The notes below the pieces were generated by a model. That model was not told the DNA's origin. It searched no databases and saw only the letters and a list, made by a program, of their open reading frames with translations. This document shows positions 1 to 9,930 of a stretch of 64,000 nt of DNA, in pieces (within the stretch, counting starts at the first letter, position 1; every line of letters begins with the position of its first letter). The DNA is from Treponema sp. (GTDB lineage: Bacteria > Spirochaetota > Spirochaetia > Treponematales > Breznakiellaceae): the NCBI GenBank assembly GCA_031280125.1, contig JAITHE010000087.1, positions 7,653-71,652 on the forward strand, read 5' to 3'. Position numbers and translations under genes: made by a program.

Positions 1-699
1 GCCTTTGTACAGGGCCCGGCGGAAATGCTCCCGGTGGAAAATTACGAGGAAAAGCGTGTACAGATGGACCGGGCAAAACGGCTTTACCTCCGGGGAACGG
101 CAATCCTTGAACAGGGAATAGAAAACAAATACCCCGGCCTGCTTTCCGCCGCCGCAATTTCCGGGGAAGGGCTTGCAAAAATAAAAAAGGAAGACGTGGC
201 CCTCTTCTACTGGGAAGCGGCGGGAAGCCTTTCCGCCTTTGCCTTGAATCCCTTTGATCTGGCTCTGGGCATGCGTATACCCCGGATCTCCGCCCTTATG
301 GCCCGTTGTTATGAACTGGATCCGGATTTTAACGGCGGCGCCCTGGACGACTTTTACCTTCTTTTTTACGCGTCCCTCCCCGAAGGCATGGGTGGAGACC
401 CGGAACGGGCGGAGATCCACTATCAAAAGGCCCTGGAAAAATCCCGGGGCCGGTCCGCCGGACCCTATGTTTCCTATGCCCAGGCGGTGGCCGTACCGGC
501 CCAGAACTACGAAGTATTTAAATCCAACCTGGAGGCCGCCCTGGCCATAGATCCATCGGAGGACGGGTCCAACGCTCTGGCCAACATCATCAGCCAGCGT
601 AAGGCCCGGTATCTCCTTGAAAAGGCCCCGGAACTTTTTGCGAATTTTAATGATTTCGGGGACGAATCCTACGATGATGATTATAATTATTATTATTAA
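1..699 (+). CDS. tatT: TatT-family TPR-like protein associated with a TRAP transporter (5' end runs off the window)
   Basis: The frame is open from nt 1, with no stop before the ATG at 25. It is a helical A/L/Y-rich repeat protein directly upstream of a DctP-type binding protein and a fused DctQM permease. This is the TatT-TatP-TatQM arrangement known from Treponema pallidum Tp0956/Tp0957. Confidence 0.6.
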   Translation, partial: AFVQGPAEMLPVENYEEKRVQMDRAKRLYLRGTAILEQGIENKYPGLLSAAAISGEGLAKIKKEDVALFYWEAAGSLSAFALNPFDLALGMRIPRISALMARCYELDPDFNGGALDDFYLLFYASLPEGMGGDPERAEIHYQKALEKSRGRSAGPYVSYAQAVAVPAQNYEVFKSNLEAALAIDPSEDGSNALANIISQRKARYLLEKAPELFANFNDFGDESYDDDYNYYY

Positions 700-714
700 T
701 AGAAGGAGTCTGTT

Positions 715-1731
715 ATGAAAAAAAAGGGCCTGGCATGCATGCTCCTGGGCCTGCTGTTAATCCTGGGGCTTTACGGGCAAGGGCGGCCTTCGGGCGGGCC
801 AATTACCATTAAACTGGCCTCCATGGTACCGGAGAATACCGACTGGGGGCAGACGCTGAACAAGCTGTCCGCCGAATGGTCCAGAGCGACCAGGGGGGAA
901 GTGAAACTGGTGGTCTATGCCAATGGTACCCAGGGCAGCGAAGACGAGGTGCTGCGAAAACTCAACATGAACACCATCCAGGCGGCGGTGCTGACTTCCT
1001 TCGGCCTTAACAAAATAGCCCCGGAGATCCTGACTTTAAGCTGTCCCTTTTTTATCAGGAACGATGCGGAACTCGACGAGGTGCTTAAAAACGTCAAGGG
1101 TGAATTTGAATCCAGGATCAATTCCCAAAATTACTTTTCCCTGGCCATAGTCAAGGCCGGCTGGGTTAAATTCTTTTCCCGTAATCCCGTCCTGGTGCCG
1201 GCCGATTTGAAACGGCAAAAAATCGGCAGCCAGCCTTCGGAGCCGGAACTGGCTCAGGCCTTCAAGACCCTGGGTTACCAGGTGGTGATGGTAGACGGCA
1301 ACAGGACCTTGATTGCCCTAAACGGCGGAACCATCGACGCGGTTTATACCAGCCCTATCTTTGCCGGGGGAGCCCAGTTCTTCGGGGTGGCCAAACACAT
1401 GGCCTCAATTAACATTGCCCCCTTTATGGGAGGGATCGTACTGAACAAAAAGGCCTGGGAATCTATCCCCGGCCAGTACAAGAACGAACTTATCCGCATT
1501 ACCCGGCGCATCGGCGGGGAGATCGAAACTTCCCTCCTTAAGCTGGAAAATGACACCATCCGGCAGATGAAAAACAACGGACTCCAGGAACATCCCCTCT
1601 CCGCCCAGCAGCAGCAGGAATGGTACGATGACATGAACCGGGCGATCCCCAGCCTGGTAGGAAATACCTTCCACAGGAATACATACAACAGAATTGAGGG
1701 GATACTGAGGAATTACCGGAACCGCCCATGA
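715..1731 (+). CDS. TRAP transporter substrate-binding protein (DctP/TatP type), secreted
   Basis: Signal peptide MKKKGLACMLLGLLLILGL. AAGGAG Shine-Dalgarno sequence upstream of the ATG. Length (338 aa) and sequence are DctP-family-like. It sits between tatT and the permease. Confidence 0.8.
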   Translation: MKKKGLACMLLGLLLILGLYGQGRPSGGPITIKLASMVPENTDWGQTLNKLSAEWSRATRGEVKLVVYANGTQGSEDEVLRKLNMNTIQAAVLTSFGLNKIAPEILTLSCPFFIRNDAELDEVLKNVKGEFESRINSQNYFSLAIVKAGWVKFFSRNPVLVPADLKRQKIGSQPSEPELAQAFKTLGYQVVMVDGNRTLIALNGGTIDAVYTSPIFAGGAQFFGVAKHMASINIAPFMGGIVLNKKAWESIPGQYKNELIRITRRIGGEIETSLLKLENDTIRQMKNNGLQEHPLSAQQQQEWYDDMNRAIPSLVGNTFHRNTYNRIEGILRNYRNRP

Positions 1732-3635
1732 CCCCCCCCGTCCCGCCGTTAATAAAAGCCGGGATCCGCCGGCGGTTTTCTTTCCGGTTCCTGGAAGAGG
1801 GAATCTGCTATGTCTCCCTGGCCTTGATGATCCTGGTTCCCCTGGCGGATGTGGCAATGCGGATCTTTCTTAAAACGGGATTCCCCGATGCGGCGGGCCT
1901 CCTCATACATCTTCTCCTGGTTTTGGGCCTTCTGTCGGGGATGATCACCACCAAAAACGAAGAACATCTGTCCATTGGGATAGTGCAGAACTTTTCCTCG
2001 GAAAAAACAAGAAGGGCGGTTTCCGTCGCGGGGCACATGCTTTCTTCCTTTGTGGCGGCCCTTATTGCCTGGGCGGCGGCTTCCTTTATCAGGATAGGCC
2101 TCATGGGCCGCCTTATCTGCGGTTTTATTCCGGACCGGGTCTTTGCCCTGGTAATACCGGCCGGTTTCGCAGTCATGGCTTTCCGTTTTGCCCGGCTCTG
2201 TCCCCTGGAGGGGAAGGCAAAAATAATCCCCTTTGCGGCCCCGGCTCTGGGAACTTTTTTTGCCCTGCCCGTTATAGGCAAGGCCCTCTGGCTCTTTGAT
2301 CCCCCGGCCTTTTTTACCGGAATCTCCGGGGTTTTTTATACCCTGGCCTGGTACGTAAAAATCCCCGGGGTGATCGTTTTAATTCTGGCGGCCCTGGCGG
2401 GCGCCCCCCTCTTTACGGTAATGGGAGGGCTGGCCATGATTTTAATCGAAGCGTCCCGGGGGGAAATCGACGTAGTGGCCGGTCAGGTTTACATGGCCCT
2501 TACCCAGGACGGCATACTCCCCATTCCCCTTTTTACCATCGCGGGTTTTATCCTTTCCGAAAGCCGCGCCGGGGAAAGGCTGGTTAAAGCCTTCCGGGGC
2601 CTCTTCGGCTGGTTTTCCGGCGGCATGATAGTGGTAACGGTGCTGATCTGCGCTTTTTTCACTTCCTTTACCGGAGCTTCCGGGGTAACGATCCTTGCCC
2701 TGGGGGGACTTCTCTATTCCATTTTAACGGAACATGTAAAATACCCGGAGCGGTTTTCTGTGGGGCTTTTGACTTCCACAGGAAGCATAGGCCTCCTCTT
2801 CCCCCCCAGCCTGCCCATTATCCTGGTGGGGGCCACCACCATGACCAACATACTCAAACTTTTCATGGGGGGAATTATTCCGGGAATTATCCTGATCGTT
2901 TCGGTGATCATCTTCGGCGTCATCGTCTCCGGGAAGGCTAAAACCATCAAGACCGAATCCTTCAGTTTCCGGGCCGCCCTGAGGGGGATTAGGGAATCGG
3001 CCTTTGAGATACTCCTGCCATTCCTGTTGATGGCGGGTTTTTTTACGGGTTTCCTTTCCATTACGGAACTGGGGGCCGTTTCCGCGGTGTACGTGTTTAT
3101 CGTGGAAGTGCTGATCCACAGGGACATCGCCCTGGGAGACATGGTTAGGGTGTTCCGCCGGGCCGTACCTATAATCGGGGGAGTGCTTTCGATCATCGCC
3201 CTCTCCATGGCCCTTTCGTACTATATCATAGACACCCAGGCGCCGGAACGCCTTGCCCTATGGATGCGGGAAGCGATCCAGTCCAGGGTACTCTTCCTTT
3301 TACTTCTTAACCTGTCCCTATTGGCGGTGGGCTGCCTTATGGACATTTTCTCCGCTATCCTGATCGTCCTGCCCCTGGTAAGCCCCCTGGGCGCCGTTTA
3401 TGGCATCGATCCGGTACATTTGGGAATTATCTTTATCACCAACCTGGAGGTGGGTTTCCTTACTCCCCCGGTGGGGCTTAACCTCTTTCTAGCCAGCTAT
3501 CGCTTCAAACTGCCCTTTACGCGGATATGCCGCTATGTGCTGCCCTTCCTTCTGATACAGCTCACGGTGGTTCTGCTGGTTACCTATGTACCGGGACTTT
3601 CAACCTTTTTGCCCCGTTTTTTCCATACCCCTTAG
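1728..3635 (+). CDS. TRAP transporter fused small/large permease (DctQ-DctM fusion)
   Basis: 635-aa polytopic membrane protein. ATGA start/stop overlap with the binding-protein gene. The short N-terminal DctQ-like part is followed by a long DctM-like part. Confidence 0.85.
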   Translation: MTPPVPPLIKAGIRRRFSFRFLEEGICYVSLALMILVPLADVAMRIFLKTGFPDAAGLLIHLLLVLGLLSGMITTKNEEHLSIGIVQNFSSEKTRRAVSVAGHMLSSFVAALIAWAAASFIRIGLMGRLICGFIPDRVFALVIPAGFAVMAFRFARLCPLEGKAKIIPFAAPALGTFFALPVIGKALWLFDPPAFFTGISGVFYTLAWYVKIPGVIVLILAALAGAPLFTVMGGLAMILIEASRGEIDVVAGQVYMALTQDGILPIPLFTIAGFILSESRAGERLVKAFRGLFGWFSGGMIVVTVLICAFFTSFTGASGVTILALGGLLYSILTEHVKYPERFSVGLLTSTGSIGLLFPPSLPIILVGATTMTNILKLFMGGIIPGIILIVSVIIFGVIVSGKAKTIKTESFSFRAALRGIRESAFEILLPFLLMAGFFTGFLSITELGAVSAVYVFIVEVLIHRDIALGDMVRVFRRAVPIIGGVLSIIALSMALSYYIIDTQAPERLALWMREAIQSRVLFLLLLNLSLLAVGCLMDIFSAILIVLPLVSPLGAVYGIDPVHLGIIFITNLEVGFLTPPVGLNLFLASYRFKLPFTRICRYVLPFLLIQLTVVLLVTYVPGLSTFLPRFFHTP

Positions 3636-3657
3636 CCCCCCGGAAAAGGCTGTTTCG

Positions 3658-3689
3658 GACCGGCGGCGGCATGCCGTTAACCGCCGGTC
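3658..3689. terminator. GC-rich hairpin between convergent genes (possible bidirectional terminator)
   Basis: gaccggcgg (3658-3666) pairs with ccgccggtc (3681-3689) around a 14-nt loop. There is no clear U-tract. Confidence 0.3.
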
Positions 3690-3706
3690 TCCGGACATTC
3701 CATCCC

Positions 3707-4783
3707 TTAGGCGTTCTTGAGTTCCCTAAGCGCCGTAACATTGCGGAGCTTGAAGGTAACGTTTTCCTGGATCTGCCTAACCCGTTCCCTGGTAATACCC
3801 AGCAGTTTGCCGGTTTCTTCCAGGGTAAGGGGACCTTCCCCCGCAAGGCCGAACCGGAGCTGCATGATCCTCATTTCCCGCCAGGAAAGCCGGGAAATGA
3901 TATGATCCATGGTCTCCTGGAGGGCTACGGAAAAGGCCGCTTCAAAGGGCTCTACCATGGTCTCGTCCTTGATCAGGTCCGCCAAACGGGTCAGGTTGCC
4001 GTCGTCCACAATGGTGTCCAAACTGGTGGTTTCCTGGGAAAGTTTAACAATTTCCTTGACCTTGGAAACGGGAAGCCCCAGATAGTCTGCAAGTTCCTTT
4101 TCTGTGGGGTCCCGTCCCAAATCCTGGGTAAGCTGTTTGGCCACAAAGTAGCATTTTTTTATGGTGTTGAGCATGTGGATGGGAATACGGATCACCCGGC
4201 CCTTGTCGGCAATGCTCTTGATGATCGCCTGCCTGATCCACCATGTCCCGTAGGTCGAAAAACGGCAGCCCCGGGTGTAATCAAACCGTTCCACCGCCTC
4301 GATAAGCCCTATGTTTCCTTCGTTGATCAGGTCCAGCAGGGCCAAACCCCGGTGCTGATAATTTTTTGCTATGGAAACCACCAGTCTAAGATTTGAGTTG
4401 ATCAGCCTGTTTTTTTCCCGCAGCAGGGCGGCTTCCAGAACCTGTTTTTTTCTTTTGTAACGGTCCTCCCCTTCCCTGCCCTTGAATACTTCGTTAAGCC
4501 GCCTGATTTCTCCACGGCGCAGCACGATCTGCTCCCCTATGGACCGCTCGTCCTTTACGGTCAGGAGGGGATACCGGGAAATCTGCTGAAAATAAAGGGC
4601 CAGAGGATCGGTTTCCCTGCATGCCTTTGAATGTTTTTCATGGACAGCGCCGCCCCGGATCCGTTTTTTTATCCGTCCCCGTTCGGCATAACGGGCGGCC
4701 GGCGCTTCCCTGGCATGCTTGACAAGCAATTCCGTATCCCCCCCATGGGAAACGGCTTTCATTTTTTCTATCTTTTTTAACAT
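3707..4783 (-). CDS. RNA polymerase sigma factor, sigma-70 family (group 1/2-like, RpoS/SigA-type)
   Basis: Region 2 is [56 protein letters not shown]. Region 3 is IRIPIHM. Region 4 is [21 protein letters not shown]. Confidence 0.9.
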   Translation of the reverse strand: MLKKIEKMKAVSHGGDTELLVKHAREAPAARYAERGRIKKRIRGGAVHEKHSKACRETDPLALYFQQISRYPLLTVKDERSIGEQIVLRRGEIRRLNEVFKGREGEDRYKRKKQVLEAALLREKNRLINSNLRLVVSIAKNYQHRGLALLDLINEGNIGLIEAVERFDYTRGCRFSTYGTWWIRQAIIKSIADKGRVIRIPIHMLNTIKKCYFVAKQLTQDLGRDPTEKELADYLGLPVSKVKEIVKLSQETTSLDTIVDDGNLTRLADLIKDETMVEPFEAAFSVALQETMDHIISRLSWREMRIMQLRFGLAGEGPLTLEETGKLLGITRERVRQIQENVTFKLRNVTALRELKNA

Positions 4784-4842
4784 GGTATAGTACCCCGCGG
4801 TTTTGTTTTATTTTCCGGAACACAGAATTTTCTCCTGGAAAG

Positions 4843-5694
4843 CTAGGCCCTTGGCGCAGCGGCAGGATCGATAGGACTATTGCTCCGGTATACAAAAAAG
4901 AAAAGCTGGGCCTTTTCCGATTTTGCGTCTACCCCCAGTTTTCCCAGTTCCGTTCCCGGTGCAACCTTGTCTCCCTCTTTTACAGATAGACTTTCACACC
5001 CCCCGTATACGTATAAATAGCCCCCTGCCATCTGAACAATCGCCACCCTGCCGAATCCCCGGTAGGGGCCGGCGGAAACAACCGTTCCCCGGGTAAGGCT
5101 TTTAACCGGTTCCAGCCGCTCCCCGGTAACCTGTACGCCGTATAGTTTTCCCGTAATGTAGGAAACTTCCTTGGCACTCACGGGCCAGCGGACATCAGGC
5201 AGAGGCCCGGATCCCGTCGAAGTCCCGGCGGCGGCTTTCCCCTCCACGGGGCGCGGCGGAATCTTCCCGTTCCCCGGCGCTTTGAAGGAAGCGGCGCCCT
5301 GCCCCTGAAGGACCGGAATCCGTATCGTTTCTCCCGCCTTAAGCACGTAGGAGGAAGAAAATCCGTTTAGTTCCAGCAGTTCGGCCAGGCTGACGCCGTG
5401 GCGTCTGGCTATCCCGTACAGGGTATCATTTTTCTCTACCCTGTAGTCCCCATACCCCGGATCCCCGGAAACCGCCCCGCCCCCACGGGGAATCCGTATC
5501 CGCTGCCCCGCCCGGATAGTCCGGGCATCGCCGATTCCGTTCAAGGAAAGCACCTCCTGGGCGCTTATTCCGTAGGACCGGGCTATGGAATAAATTGTCT
5601 CCCCCTTTTGTATAATATGGACGGTTTCCTCGGAAAAACCAAATTCCAGAACAAAAAACGATAGAAGGACGGAAAAGACAAATGCACGGTTCAT
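4843..5694 (-). CDS. Secreted LysM-repeat protein with degenerate LytM (M23-like) domain, NlpD/EnvC-like
   Basis: Signal peptide is present. Two LysM repeats (YSIARSYGISAQEVLSLNG and YGIARRHGVSLAELLELNG). The C-terminal M23-like fold has all metal ligands replaced: LYGVQV for HxGxD, IVQMAGG and VYGG for the His positions, and QLFFFV for HLHFE. Confidence 0.75.
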   Translation of the reverse strand: MNRAFVFSVLLSFFVLEFGFSEETVHIIQKGETIYSIARSYGISAQEVLSLNGIGDARTIRAGQRIRIPRGGGAVSGDPGYGDYRVEKNDTLYGIARRHGVSLAELLELNGFSSSYVLKAGETIRIPVLQGQGAASFKAPGNGKIPPRPVEGKAAAGTSTGSGPLPDVRWPVSAKEVSYITGKLYGVQVTGERLEPVKSLTRGTVVSAGPYRGFGRVAIVQMAGGYLYVYGGCESLSVKEGDKVAPGTELGKLGVDAKSEKAQLFFFVYRSNSPIDPAAAPRA

Positions 5695-5846
5695 TTTATT
5701 ATTATCGGTATTTTTATCCTTTTGGTAGTATTATATATACCGGAGGCGAAAAAATCAAGATCCTGCCGGGAACACGGCCGGCGGGGTACGTAACCTCCGT
5801 AAGACAATCAAGGACGGGGAGGAAAAGGCCGATTAACATACCAGGT

Positions 5847-7073
5847 ATGCTGAAAAAACCATCCCCGGGGGGGATTATTCTCCTTTTTTTCTGCCTTTCC
5901 TTCTCCCTGCGGGGCCAGGAAGCTTCCGCCCCGGTGGAGGAGGTCTTTATTCCCTTTGTTTCCCGGCTTGAGGCGGAGGTAAGGAATAACTTTGTCCGCC
6001 TTTCCTGGAGGGACGCCCCCAGCGCCAGGGGGCCGGTTTTTGTTTACCGTTCCATGAATCCCCTTATCGATGTACCCGTGGAATCCCTGCCCCTGCCTGT
6101 GGAAGTCCCCTACGGCGCCGAATCATACCTGGATGAGGCGGAAGAAGACGGCGTCATCCACTACCTTGTGGCCGCCAGCGACGCGGGGAACCGGAAATAT
6201 ACCCTTCCCATCCCCGGGATCAACATTATCAGCGCCGCCGTAGCCATGTCCTTTCCGGACCGCCTTTCGGGGGATGAAGGAGAGGGTTTTCCGTTTTCCC
6301 CTGCCGGACCCCTGCTCATAAGCGGCCTGCGGGCCAGAGCGGGGGAAGACAGAATCATCATAACCTTTTCCGGGGCGGACAGCTTAAAAAATCCCATCCT
6401 ATACCGGAGTATCCGGCCCATCAGAAACCGGGAAGATCTGCTTTCCGCGCTGATCGTCGCCCAGCGGGTAAATTCCCCCTTTACCGATTATCCCATTCCA
6501 GGAATTCCCTATTATTATGCGGTGATCTATGAGGAAGATCTAACGGGCCCCTTGAACATACAGGCGGGACGCAACGCCGCCGCCGCCCCGGCGGAAATAA
6601 CCCAGGGATCCGCCCGGATCGGCCTACCCGGAGGTATCCGGACCATGCCCCTGCCCCAGCTTAACATTTTCCGGAGTCCCGAAACGGCCCCCCGTTCCCT
6701 GGGCCCCGAAGCGTCCAGGGCGGCGGCTTCCATTGAACGGCGGAACAGGGGATTCACCACGGAACCGGAGGCGGTGGTTTTTCCTGAAGATCTGGAAAAG
6801 GACGGCGGCGGGGACGAGTACCAGATCCGCAGTACGGTTCAGGGCCCCTTTTCCCTCCGGGAGTGGAAAACGGCGGAAGAAGAATTCCGGCGTTTCTTAA
6901 GCCTTCCCCGGAGCGGCGGACACCGGGCAAAGGCCCGGTTTTATCTGGGGCAAATCTGCTATTTCCAAGACAGGCCTAGGGAAGCCCTTTTTGAGCTGCT
7001 GGAAGCCCGGGAATTTTACCCCGCGGAAACCAAACCCTGGATAGACGCGGTACTGAAAAAACTGGGCCGTTAA
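5847..7073 (+). CDS. Secreted hypothetical protein with two Fn3-like internal repeats and a C-terminal TPR-like helix pair
   Basis: The track ORF starts at 5682, which overlaps the divergent LysM gene. The first plausible start is the ATG at 5847, which gives the signal peptide MLKKPSPGGIILLFFCLSFSL. Repeats: VRLSWRD...VFVYRS...HYLVAASD and IIITFSG...ILYRS...YYYAVIYE. Confidence 0.6.
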   Translation: MLKKPSPGGIILLFFCLSFSLRGQEASAPVEEVFIPFVSRLEAEVRNNFVRLSWRDAPSARGPVFVYRSMNPLIDVPVESLPLPVEVPYGAESYLDEAEEDGVIHYLVAASDAGNRKYTLPIPGINIISAAVAMSFPDRLSGDEGEGFPFSPAGPLLISGLRARAGEDRIIITFSGADSLKNPILYRSIRPIRNREDLLSALIVAQRVNSPFTDYPIPGIPYYYAVIYEEDLTGPLNIQAGRNAAAAPAEITQGSARIGLPGGIRTMPLPQLNIFRSPETAPRSLGPEASRAAASIERRNRGFTTEPEAVVFPEDLEKDGGGDEYQIRSTVQGPFSLREWKTAEEEFRRFLSLPRSGGHRAKARFYLGQICYFQDRPREALFELLEAREFYPAETKPWIDAVLKKLGR

Positions 7074-7115
7074 GCTTCCCCGTTTGGAGACGCGGAGGTA
7101 TCCGGCATCCTGAAG

Positions 7116-9098
7116 TCAGCGGAGGGTTCTAAGGAGGGAGCGGAGTTCGGGATCCGCCGTGGATTCCCGGTTTGAAACGGGGAGGTCTTTTTGTTCCTGC
7201 CGGATAACGGCTTCGTCTCCCGGTTCAATACGGTCGTAAAACCCGCTACGGACCAGATTACCGGCGGCCACCTCCTCGTCCGCTTCCCGGATGGTGATGG
7301 TCCCCACCACTTCTTCGGCGGCATAGACCAGGCCGATCCCTTCGTTCTTTACGCCTATCCTGCCCTTTTTAACGATGTCGTATACCGCCTCCGCCTTTAC
7401 GCCGTCGGCCCTGCCCTTGTTTATAAGTCCCTGTCCCGCCTTCCGGGCGGCCAGTTCCCCCCTAAAGGGCAGGGCCGCATCCACCTGATCGATAATGTGC
7501 CGGCAGGCGTTGCGGAGCCGGTCCTGACCGGTCCGGTAGGATGTAAAGGTCCCCGCGGGAGAGCCGGTACGGCCCACAAAAAGTTCCCCCCTCAGGGAAA
7601 GATCCCTTTCGTTTTCCGTTACGGTAAGGAGCAGAAAATAATCTGCTCCTGCCTCCCGGGCGGCCCGGAAAGCCGCGGAAAAGGAGGACTGCCGCAGTTC
7701 AGCGTTTATAGGGGCGATATTTCTGTTATGGCTCAGGAGATCCTTAAGATAGGCGGAGGCCACCGCCGCCCCATCGGCATGGTAAAAGGCTGATTGGGAA
7801 TCCAGGAAAAAAACTCCTATCTTCCAGTGCCGCTTGGTAACAAGCAGGGGATCCGCATCCCAGCGGCGGTACAGGGCATTAACCAGCCGGGCGGTATAGG
7901 TTTCCACAGCATCGTCAATACCTTGATCCCCCAGTCCCAGGTCCTGCATAAACCGTAGTTCTTCCATGAAGCGGGCGGGAAAGCCCTGGAGACGGAGGAT
8001 CTCCGCATAATCCCGCCGTTCCCGGGCATAGGGGTTAAGCCGAAGGCCCCGGCGGTATTCAAACAAAGCTTGATCACTTAAATTCCGGGACCTAAAATCC
8101 TTGGCCCGGGCAAAGTGCCAGGAGGCCCAGCGCCTCCGGTTCTGCTCTTCCAGGACCGTACCGGAAAGCAAAAGCTCCTCCAGGGCGGTTCTGACAAATT
8201 CATCCTCCGGGGCCATGGAGGCGGCGGCGGACAGGACGGCAAGCGCCTCCTGACGGCGGCCCAGCCTGGAAAAGGCCATACCCTTTAGATACCAAACGCC
8301 GGTATCCTCCCGGTTTAGGGCGATAATTTCATCTGCCAGCCGGGCCGCCTCGTCGAACCGGCCCTGGCGGTACCGGAGGCTTGCCAGAAGCTTTTTTGCA
8401 GGAATAAAGGAGGGCTTGAAAAACAAGGCCCGTTCCGCATGGCGAATCCCCTCGCCGATGCGGCCAGCCCGGGAAGCCAGATAAGCCCCATAGTAGTAAA
8501 CCCGGTAATCTTCGGAATGTCCCGCCAACACCCGGTTTATATAGGCCCCCGCTTCGTTATGCTGGCCCAGGGAACCCAGAACCAGGGCCAGAGAAAGAAG
8601 CAGTTTTTGATCCTCCGGGTAACGGCGCACCGCTTCCCTGTAGCGGGTAACCGCCTCGCCGGCCCTGCCCCGGGCAATGTCCATTTCCGCCTGGGCAAAA
8701 AGGGCTTCCCGGTTATAGGGTTCCCGGGCCAGCACTTCCCCGATAATCCGGGACGCTTCGTTAAGCTGGCCCAGGGCGATTAGTACACGGGCCTCCAAAT
8801 TTGCCAGTTCCAGGTTTCCCCGGGCCAGATTCCTGGCCCGGCGGACCCAGCTTAGGGCCTGATCAAATTCGGCCAGCGCATAGTAACATTCCGCCAGAGC
8901 CGCCGCAGCCTCCGCATGGGAAGGGCTTATCCGCAGGGCCTCAAGAAAGGACTCCGCCGCTTCATACCAATCTTCCCGGATCATCGCTGCCCTTCCCGCG
9001 CCGTAACGGACGCCGGCGGCTTCCCCCTGGGCGTGGAGGGACAGCGCCGTCAGGACAAACAAAAGCAGAAAAAAAGACCCTTTCATTATCATCAGCAT
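7116..9098 (-). CDS. Secreted TPR-repeat protein with non-TPR C-terminal domain
   Basis: Signal peptide MKGSFFLLLFVLTALSLHA. About 400 aa of TPR-like A/L/Y/R repeats. A C-terminal alpha/beta region of about 230 aa follows. Confidence 0.7.
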   Translation of the reverse strand: MLMIMKGSFFLLLFVLTALSLHAQGEAAGVRYGAGRAAMIREDWYEAAESFLEALRISPSHAEAAAALAECYYALAEFDQALSWVRRARNLARGNLELANLEARVLIALGQLNEASRIIGEVLAREPYNREALFAQAEMDIARGRAGEAVTRYREAVRRYPEDQKLLLSLALVLGSLGQHNEAGAYINRVLAGHSEDYRVYYYGAYLASRAGRIGEGIRHAERALFFKPSFIPAKKLLASLRYRQGRFDEAARLADEIIALNREDTGVWYLKGMAFSRLGRRQEALAVLSAAASMAPEDEFVRTALEELLLSGTVLEEQNRRRWASWHFARAKDFRSRNLSDQALFEYRRGLRLNPYARERRDYAEILRLQGFPARFMEELRFMQDLGLGDQGIDDAVETYTARLVNALYRRWDADPLLVTKRHWKIGVFFLDSQSAFYHADGAAVASAYLKDLLSHNRNIAPINAELRQSSFSAAFRAAREAGADYFLLLTVTENERDLSLRGELFVGRTGSPAGTFTSYRTGQDRLRNACRHIIDQVDAALPFRGELAARKAGQGLINKGRADGVKAEAVYDIVKKGRIGVKNEGIGLVYAAEEVVGTITIREADEEVAAGNLVRSGFYDRIEPGDEAVIRQEQKDLPVSNRESTADPELRSLLRTLR

Positions 9099-9156
9099 AA
9101 AACAGAAAAAGGGCGCAGGGCAACGGGGAGCGAAACCAGGGGAGTCGCCCCTCTTT

Positions 9157-9930
9157 TTACAGCCCTCCGTCTTCCCGGATTACGATTTTTACCGTACCGA
9201 TTCTGGGGCCTTCCATGTTCTGGATAATAAACTCGTTCCCTCCGTAAAGGACCTTTTCGTACTTCACGGGGATCTTGCCGAAAAGATCAAAAACAAAGCC
9301 CCCCAGGGTGTCGAATTCTTCCGCGGGCAGGGCTATGCCCAGCTCTTCGGCCAGATCCTCCAGATTAACCCGGGCGCCGCAGAGCCAGACCCCGCCCCCC
9401 AGATCCAGCATATCCTCTTCTTCGTTGTCAAATTCATCCTGGATGTCCCCGATGATCTCCTCCAGAATATCTTCCATGCAGATTATCCCCGAAACGCCGC
9501 CGTATTCATCCACCGCCACGGCAATATGAACCCGGCGGCGGCGGAATTCCCGCAATACCTCGTGGATATGCTTTGACTCGGGGATAAAGAAGGGCCGGCG
9601 CAGAATATCCTTAAGGGCAAAATCCTTGTTTCTGATCAGCTCCTTAAGAACATCCTTGGCATAGAGGATCCCCGCCACCTTGTCGATGGTGTCTTCATAG
9701 ACGGGAAACCGGGAATGGCCGCTTTCCACAATGGCCTCAAGGAGATCTTCCCGGGAAGCGTCCATGGCCAGAAAAACCGCATCTATCCGGGGCACCATGA
9801 TTTCCTTGGCGGTGGTGTTCCTGAGTTCCACCACCCCCCGGATCATCTCTTTCTGATCCGTCTCCAGGGAGGCTATGATTTTTTTGTCAATCTCAACTTT
9901 TTTTGAGTCCCCCCTTTTTTGCAGTTTCAC
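9157..9930 (-). CDS. corC: CBS-pair plus CorC_HlyC domain protein (CorC/YbeX-like)
   Basis: CBS pair followed by the transporter-associated domain GGFVFDLFGKIPVKYEKV...IQNMEGPRIGTVKI. It is the last gene of the phoH-ybeY-corC operon and overlaps ybeY by 4 nt. Confidence 0.8.
   Translation of the reverse strand: MKLQKRGDSKKVEIDKKIIASLETDQKEMIRGVVELRNTTAKEIMVPRIDAVFLAMDASREDLLEAIVESGHSRFPVYEDTIDKVAGILYAKDVLKELIRNKDFALKDILRRPFFIPESKHIHEVLREFRRRRVHIAVAVDEYGGVSGIICMEDILEEIIGDIQDEFDNEEEDMLDLGGGVWLCGARVNLEDLAEELGIALPAEEFDTLGGFVFDLFGKIPVKYEKVLYGGNEFIIQNMEGPRIGTVKIVIREDGGL

Noticed and set aside
5682-5846. Upstream extension of the secreted Fn3-like protein ORF
   Set aside because: It overlaps the divergent LysM gene start and encodes a non-signal, Y/F-rich peptide. 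The ATG at 5847 gives a proper signal peptide.
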